From NCBI GenBank assembly GCA_963665615.2, contig CAXXQE010000008.1, forward strand, positions 682,001 through 746,000: a stretch of DNA of 64,000 nucleotides, written 5' to 3'. This stretch comes from Syntrophales bacterium. Its GTDB lineage: Bacteria; Desulfobacterota; Syntrophia; Syntrophales; UBA4778. Below are positions 58,694 to 64,000 of this stretch, piece after piece. The translations under genes were made by a program, and so were the position numbers. Under the pieces are notes generated by a model. That model was given only the letters and a program-made list of their open reading frames with translations. It had not been told where the DNA came from and did no database searches. Positions within the stretch are counted from its first letter, which is position 1. Each line of letters begins with the position of its first letter.

Positions 58694-58847
58694 CAATGTA
58701 ACACTTGATGTCTATCTATGCTCGCTTTTTAGCAAATCCCCATTTGGTTGTCCATAGATTTATAGGTTCCGGAGATTATAAATATTTGCTTGAAATCATC
58801 TACTGAAATGATCTAGAAAAGACAAAAAACTAAAGGAAATAAAAGCC

Positions 58848-61133
58848 ATGGATTCTTCGTACAAGTACACTGTTAAGCTTGCATTGTGTATCGTTTTGGC
58901 CGTTGTCTTCAGCTTTGGGCTTTGTTCATGCTCCAAAGAGGCCAGAGTGGCAAGGCATCTGAAAAAGGCAGAGAGTTATATCGCTGAGAATAAAATTCAA
59001 GAAGCCGTGCTGGAATACAAGAATGCCGTCAAAATTGACCCCAAGAATGCCAAGGCGAGATATGAGTTGGGCATGGGATATTTGAAATCGGGCCAATTCG
59101 GAGAGGCGTACAAAGAGTTTTCCAAGGCTGTCGAGTTGGCGCCAGATATGTTTGATGCCCGCAATCAGCTCGGGTTTTTGTCTCTGCTGGGGGGGCGGAA
59201 AGAGGACGCCAAGAAGCAGGCCGATTATGTGCTTGCCAAGGATCCGAAGAACTCCGAGGCCCACCTGCTGATGAGCAATCTGGCTCTTGCGGACAGGAAT
59301 GTCGAGGAGGCCATTGCTGAAGGCCAGAAGGCACTGGAAGGTAAACAAAAGGTCAATGCCTACCTTCACTTGTCGAAACTCTATATTCTAAAAAAAGACC
59401 TGCCTAAGGCAGAGGAGATGCTCAGGGCTGCGACTGCAGCGACGCCGAACGACACGAAACCCCGCTATGCCCTGGCCGAGTTTTATATTCGGTCGGGCAA
59501 AAAGGATATGGCTGAAGCCACCTATCTCGATATCATTCGGATTGCCCCAAAAGAAGAGGTGAGCTACCTTGTCCTGGGCGCCTTTTACGTAATGACCAAC
59601 CGGCTGGCAGACGCGGAAAAACAGTTTTTGAAAGGCATTGAGGTTGCGCCCAAGAGCGTCTCCTCGAGGATCGCCTTGGGAAACCTCAAGATGGCTACGG
59701 GGCAGAAGGCTAAGGCGGAGCAGTACTTCAAAGAGGCGATCGATGCCAGTCCCAAGAGTGAGCCGGCCCTTGCCAGACTTGCCGAGTTTTACATGGCCGA
59801 GAACAAGTTTGACGATGCGATGAAGCAGACTGAGCGCATCCTCTCAATCAATGCCAAGAGTCCGGAAGGGGCGATGCTGAAAGGCAGAATTCTGTTAAGC
59901 CGCCGGGAATTCGATCAGGCCATTACGCTCTTTCAGGGTTTCATCAAGGACGCCCCAAAGGCTCCCACCGCCCATTATTTTCTGGCTCTCGCCCACCTAG
60001 GCAAGCAGGACAAGGCGCAGGCAAAGGCCGAGTTAGCGCAGGCCAAGGAACTGAATCCGAAATGGCCTGAGCCTCGGCTGCTTTTGGCCGAGCTTCAAGT
60101 TCGCGACGGATCCTACGACGAGGCCATCAGTGAATGTAAAAAACTGATCGACGATTATCCGCAGGTGCCCCAGAGCTACCTTCTGCTTGGCAATACCTAT
60201 ATGATGAAAAAGGATTTCAAAAATGCGGCGGCTACCTTTGAGACGCTCGTTAAAAAGGCGCCAAACAGCGCGATCGGATATAACGCCCTTGGCAAGATTT
60301 ATCTGGTACAGAATCGCGAGAAAGACGGTCTCGACAAACTCGAGAAGGCCCTGTCCCTGCAGCCCGACTTTGCCGAACCCCTGCAAATCATCACGGCGGT
60401 TTACATGAGGAAAAAGGAGCCCGCGAAGGCGATTGAACGGGTTGAAAAACAGATCAAGATCAAAGCCAATCCATTTTATTATAACATTCTGGGTGCGATT
60501 TACGATGTGGGTGGCAATTTGCAGAACGCTGAAGCCAATTTCAAAAAAGCGGTTGAATTGGGAGGCCAATCGAATTCGGCACTTCACGCCACCTTGGCAG
60601 GGTTTTACATGCGCCACAGGATGATCGACAAAGCAAAGACGGAATACACCGCCGTGCTCCAGAAAGAACCACAGGCCATCGGGCCGATGATGGCACTCGG
60701 CATGATAGCTGAGACCGAAAAGAAATATGATGTGGCTAGAGGGTACTATGAGAAGCTCCTAAAGATCAAGCCCGACTACCCGCCAGCCGCCAATAATCTG
60801 GCCTACATCTATGCCGAATTCGGCGGCAATATCGATCTGGCCTTGAACATGGCGCAGAAGGCCGCGGAGCAAGTGCCCAACGATCCGCAGATCGCGGATA
60901 CCCTGGGCTGGATTTACTATAAAAAGAATATTCCAACCCGCGCCATTTCTTATCTCAAAGACGCCGCCGAAAAGATGCCCAAGAACCCCTTGGTTCGGTA
61001 CCATCTTGGGATGTCGTATTTTAAGAACGGCGACAAACCGCTCGCCAAGAGCGAATTGACCGAAGCCCTGAAGCTCAGTCAGGACTTCACCGGTGCCGAT
61101 CAGGCAAAGGCCACACTCGCTACGCTTCAGTAA
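58848..61133 (+). CDS. Large TPR lipoprotein (PrsT-like, PEP-CTERM system)
   Basis: Lipoprotein-like signal (LCSC), many TPRs, ANNLAY...DTLGWIYY...YHLG. Confidence 0.85.
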   Translation: MDSSYKYTVKLALCIVLAVVFSFGLCSCSKEARVARHLKKAESYIAENKIQEAVLEYKNAVKIDPKNAKARYELGMGYLKSGQFGEAYKEFSKAVELAPDMFDARNQLGFLSLLGGRKEDAKKQADYVLAKDPKNSEAHLLMSNLALADRNVEEAIAEGQKALEGKQKVNAYLHLSKLYILKKDLPKAEEMLRAATAATPNDTKPRYALAEFYIRSGKKDMAEATYLDIIRIAPKEEVSYLVLGAFYVMTNRLADAEKQFLKGIEVAPKSVSSRIALGNLKMATGQKAKAEQYFKEAIDASPKSEPALARLAEFYMAENKFDDAMKQTERILSINAKSPEGAMLKGRILLSRREFDQAITLFQGFIKDAPKAPTAHYFLALAHLGKQDKAQAKAELAQAKELNPKWPEPRLLLAELQVRDGSYDEAISECKKLIDDYPQVPQSYLLLGNTYMMKKDFKNAAATFETLVKKAPNSAIGYNALGKIYLVQNREKDGLDKLEKALSLQPDFAEPLQIITAVYMRKKEPAKAIERVEKQIKIKANPFYYNILGAIYDVGGNLQNAEANFKKAVELGGQSNSALHATLAGFYMRHRMIDKAKTEYTAVLQKEPQAIGPMMALGMIAETEKKYDVARGYYEKLLKIKPDYPPAANNLAYIYAEFGGNIDLALNMAQKAAEQVPNDPQIADTLGWIYYKKNIPTRAISYLKDAAEKMPKNPLVRYHLGMSYFKNGDKPLAKSELTEALKLSQDFTGADQAKATLATLQ

Positions 61134-61156
61134 GCGCCGTCTCTTTCCGGCATATA

Positions 61157-61195
61157 CAACGGGGCGCCTTCTGCTATAGGGAAGGTGCCCCGTTG
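61157..61195 (+). terminator. GC-rich hairpin after the TPR gene
   Basis: CAACGGGGCGCCTTC...GAAGGTGCCCCGTTG. Confidence 0.6.
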
Positions 61196-61642
61196 CGCTA
61201 TGAAGAATCTCTGATGCAACCGTCCCTTCAATTTCATCAAAACCATCACGCGTATTCGAATCTGTATACGCCGGATCCTGCGGTCGTTATTTTTATAAAT
61301 AAACTGTTTTTGGATAAAGTATTTCCCCCCGGTGCCGATATGTGATGCATGGGTTACAGATGTTAAACATTTTTACACTTTGCAGTTCCGAATGCGTCAA
61401 AGGATGAGACCGCGCTTCTTTCAGAATATTGCCTTATAAGAAGAAATTACAAATAGTTAAAAAATGTAGCCTTGGATTAAAAATGATAGCGGTGTAAAAT
61501 ATTACTTCAATAATCTACCTAGTTATTTACTGGTGGCTTTCGTTTCCGAATATGTTATAGGGGAAAACAGCTAATTGTAAAATTAACCAACAGGGTGTAA
61601 AAGAGGTTTTTATATAACAAACTAAAAATATTGAGGTAACTT

Positions 61643-62644
61643 ATGAATGTAGGGGTGATTGGCTACGGTTATTGGGGTCCGAATATTGTAAGAAATTTTC
61701 ACAGTGCCAATGGCGCGCAGGTTTCCATGGTCTGCGATATGAATCAGCAGGCCCTCAAAAAGCTCAAGAAGATTTATCCTGATATTCAGGTGACCACATC
61801 GATCGATGAGCTTATTTCCTCCCCCGATGTGGACGCCGTTGCCGTTATTACGCCGGTCTTTACCCACTATGAGTTGGCCAAAAAGGCCCTCAATGCGGGT
61901 AAGCACGTCTTTATTGAAAAGCCCTTCACGTCCAACAGCGACGAGGCCGAAGAACTGATTGAACTGGCCGCAAAAAAACGTCTCAAGATCATGGTCGATC
62001 ATACCTTCCTATATACCGGATCGGTCAAAAAGATCAAACAGCTGATCGATGACGATGTCATTGGCAACGTCTATTATTTCGACTCTATCCGCGTCAACCT
62101 CGGGTTATTTCAACATGACGTCAATGTGATATGGGATCTAGCTCCCCACGACCTGTCCATCATGATGCACATCATCGGCGATGTCCCGACGGCCGTCGTC
62201 GCAACGGGCGCCGCGCATTTTCGAGACGGCCAGGAGAATGTCGCTTACCTGACCTTTTATTTCAAAAACAACATCATCGGCCACGTCAACGTCAACTGGC
62301 TGTCGCCTGTGAAGGTGCGTACCACCCTGATCGGCGGGCAAAAGAAGATGCTGGTCTGGAACGACCTTGAACCCGATGAGAAGATCCGGATCTATGACAA
62401 GGGCGTGCAGGTCAGGACTCGTGAAGGCAAGTACAGCTTGTTGGTAGACTACCGTTCCGGCGATATCTGGGTTCCCAAGGTTGAACAGACCGAAGCCCTG
62501 AGGGCCATGGCGGAGAAATTTGTCAACTATATCGCCGACGGCGAAAAGATTCCCAACGATGGTGAAGCCGGTATGCAGGTGGTTAAACTGCTTCAGGCCG
62601 CCGATCAATCCATTAAAAACCGCGGAAAGCTCATCAATATATGA
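61643..62644 (+). CDS. Gfo/Idh/MocA oxidoreductase (WbpB/WlbA-like nucleotide-sugar dehydrogenase)
   Basis: GYGYWG, EKP, DLAPHD; precedes an acetyltransferase and an aminotransferase. Confidence 0.85.
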   Translation: MNVGVIGYGYWGPNIVRNFHSANGAQVSMVCDMNQQALKKLKKIYPDIQVTTSIDELISSPDVDAVAVITPVFTHYELAKKALNAGKHVFIEKPFTSNSDEAEELIELAAKKRLKIMVDHTFLYTGSVKKIKQLIDDDVIGNVYYFDSIRVNLGLFQHDVNVIWDLAPHDLSIMMHIIGDVPTAVVATGAAHFRDGQENVAYLTFYFKNNIIGHVNVNWLSPVKVRTTLIGGQKKMLVWNDLEPDEKIRIYDKGVQVRTREGKYSLLVDYRSGDIWVPKVEQTEALRAMAEKFVNYIADGEKIPNDGEAGMQVVKLLQAADQSIKNRGKLINI

Positions 62645-63120
62645 AAGACGACCTCTATATTTCCGACGATGTAAAACTCGGAGAGAATGTCCGATTCTCC
62701 AAGTTCATCAACCTTTACGGCTGTTCTATTGGCGACAATACCAAGATCGGTGCGTTCGTGGAAATCCAGAAAAACGCCCATGTCGGCAAGAACTGCAAGA
62801 TCTCCAGCCATACCTTCATTTGCGAGGGCGTGACCATCGAAGACGACGTGTTTGTTGGGCACAACGTCAGCTTCATCAACGATTCCTATCCGCGGGCTAC
62901 CAATGCGGATGGCGGCCTACAGACGGAAGCCGACTGGAATGTCGAGCCGACGCTGGTGAAGAAGGGGGCGTCGATTGGAACGGGATCTACGATCCTCGCT
63001 AACGTGACCATCGGCGAGGGGGCGCTTGTCGGCGCCGGCAGCGTCGTTACGAAAGATGTTCCGGACAGAGCCGTCGCCGCAGGCAATCCAGCAAAGGTCA
63101 TTCGGTTCTTGAGTGAATAG
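62641..63120 (+). CDS. Hexapeptide-repeat N-acetyltransferase (WbpD-like)
   Basis: Left-handed beta-helix repeats, FINDSYPR, VGAGSVVTKDVP, GNPA. Confidence 0.88.
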   Translation: MKDDLYISDDVKLGENVRFSKFINLYGCSIGDNTKIGAFVEIQKNAHVGKNCKISSHTFICEGVTIEDDVFVGHNVSFINDSYPRATNADGGLQTEADWNVEPTLVKKGASIGTGSTILANVTIGEGALVGAGSVVTKDVPDRAVAAGNPAKVIRFLSE

Positions 63121-63412
63121 TCAACAGTCAACGGTAAATAGTGAACAGTAAACAGCAAGCAACCACGGCATCGATTTTTTCAATCTTTTACCGTTCACCA
63201 TTTACTTATTGATGGATTCGTAAAAAGTCGAAAAATGCGTCATTACGAGGAACGCAGTGACGAAGTAATCTCATGAATTCATCAGGTTGGATTGCTTCGT
63301 TTCACTCCCCGACCACTACCTCGGGACAAGCGCAATGACAGGAAACGATACTTTTTACGAGACCATCACTATTCACTGTTGACTGTTTATGATTCACTAT
63401 TTACTGTTCACT
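63113..63412. repeat. Inverted AGTRAAY heptamer arrays between the acetyltransferase stop and the aminotransferase RBS
   Basis: AGTGAAT AGTCAAC AGTCAAC GGTAAAT AGTGAAC AGTAAAC, with the complementary array at about 63189-63210 and 63368-63412 split by a MITE. Confidence 0.85.
63211..63367. mobile_element. 157-bp MITE (family A)
   Basis: TIRs GATGGATTCGTAAAAAGT / ACTTTTTACGAGACCATC (16/18), internal GTCATTACG...CGCAATGAC and CGAAGTAATC...GATTGCTTCG palindromes. Confidence 0.8.
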
Positions 63413-63432
63413 TTCTTTTCGTGGAGGAAAAC

Positions 63433-64000
63433 ATGAAAGTTCCATTTCTAGATCTGAAGATCCAGTACAAAGCACTGCAAGATGAAATCCAGAAAGCCCT
63501 GATAGATGTCATGGAAAACACGGCATTTGCCGGTGGTCCCTTTGTTGCCCGCTTCGAGACGGACTTTGCCGCATTCTGCGGTTCCAAATATGCTGTCGGC
63601 GTCGGAAACGGTACGGACGCTCTCTGGCTCAGCTTGCTCGCCCTGGGCGTCGGTCCCGGCGATGAAGTCATCACCGTGCCGAGCACCTTCATTGCGACAG
63701 CCGAAGCGATCAGCTATACCGGCGCGACCCCGGTCTTTGTCGATATCAAGGAAGAGTCCTACAATATGGATCCGGCCTGTCTGGAGCAGGCGATCACCAA
63801 AAAAACCAAGGCTATTATCCCTGTTCACCTCTTCGGCCAACCCGCCGATATGGACCCGATTCTGAAGATCGCTGCACTTCATAACATACCGGTTTTGGAG
63901 GATGCCTGTCAGGCCCACGGCGCGGAATACAAGGGACGAAAGGCCGGCACCATCGGTAAGACCGGTTCCTTCAGCTACTATCCGGGAAAGAACCTGGGGG
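63433..64000 (+). CDS. DegT/DnrJ/EryC1/StrS aminotransferase (WbpE-like), truncated by the window end
   Basis: Not in the ORF track. Manual translation MKVPFLDLKIQY...VGNGTDAL...GPGDEVI...PVHLFGQ...EDACQAHG...FSYYPGKNLG. Confidence 0.92.
   Translation, partial: MKVPFLDLKIQYKALQDEIQKALIDVMENTAFAGGPFVARFETDFAAFCGSKYAVGVGNGTDALWLSLLALGVGPGDEVITVPSTFIATAEAISYTGATPVFVDIKEESYNMDPACLEQAITKKTKAIIPVHLFGQPADMDPILKIAALHNIPVLEDACQAHGAEYKGRKAGTIGKTGSFSYYPGKNLG

Noticed and set aside
61500..61560. Sigma54 promoter upstream of the oxidoreductase
   Set aside because: TGGC is present but there is no correctly spaced TTGC.
930..63412. Short repeat arrays as CRISPR
   Set aside because: Units are 7 bp and contiguous, with no unique spacers and no cas genes.
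1..64000. tRNA, rRNA, prophage or autonomous transposase genes
   Set aside because: None recognised; intergenic gaps are short or explained by repeats and promoters.

Overview
Bacterial chromosomal window, moderately GC-rich. Gene content and intergenic repeat style suggest a Desulfobacterota (deltaproteobacterial, Syntrophales-like) organism; this is inference. Housekeeping genes: gcvT (partial), recD2, an EndoQ/PHP-UvrD fusion, tandem-domain thyX, M48 peptidases, mtnA, gatCAB, an HDAC-family deacetylase, tatB-tatC-PBP1A, ilvB-ilvN-ilvC-ilvD, mnmG, a radical SAM protein, gap, bacterioferritin, a permease, a thiolase, FmdE, an MBL RNase and DedA. The right end carries a sigma54 two-component system, a PEP-CTERM protein, a CFI-box-CTERM protein and the start of a PEP-CTERM-type exopolysaccharide locus. 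Most notable observations: (1) an AT-richer, translationally coupled operon at 27133-33278 encoding a PilZ/GNAT-like protein, a V4R-TM-GAF-PAS hybrid kinase and an enolase-superfamily enzyme with an altered active site, a candidate signal synthesis/sensing/turnover module; (2) many intergenic 7-bp tandem arrays, oriented relative to stop codons and RBSs and often headed by a conserved GCGGCTGACGCCGC cap; (3) an unannotated Ile/Val/Leu leader peptide with a full attenuator before ilvB, a natural G14D-type IlvN and an acidic-loop KARI; (4) nested MITEs; (5) a sigma54 activator with a duplicated HTH. I saw no rRNA, tRNA or CRISPR array. All protein family calls come from motif recognition, not database searches.
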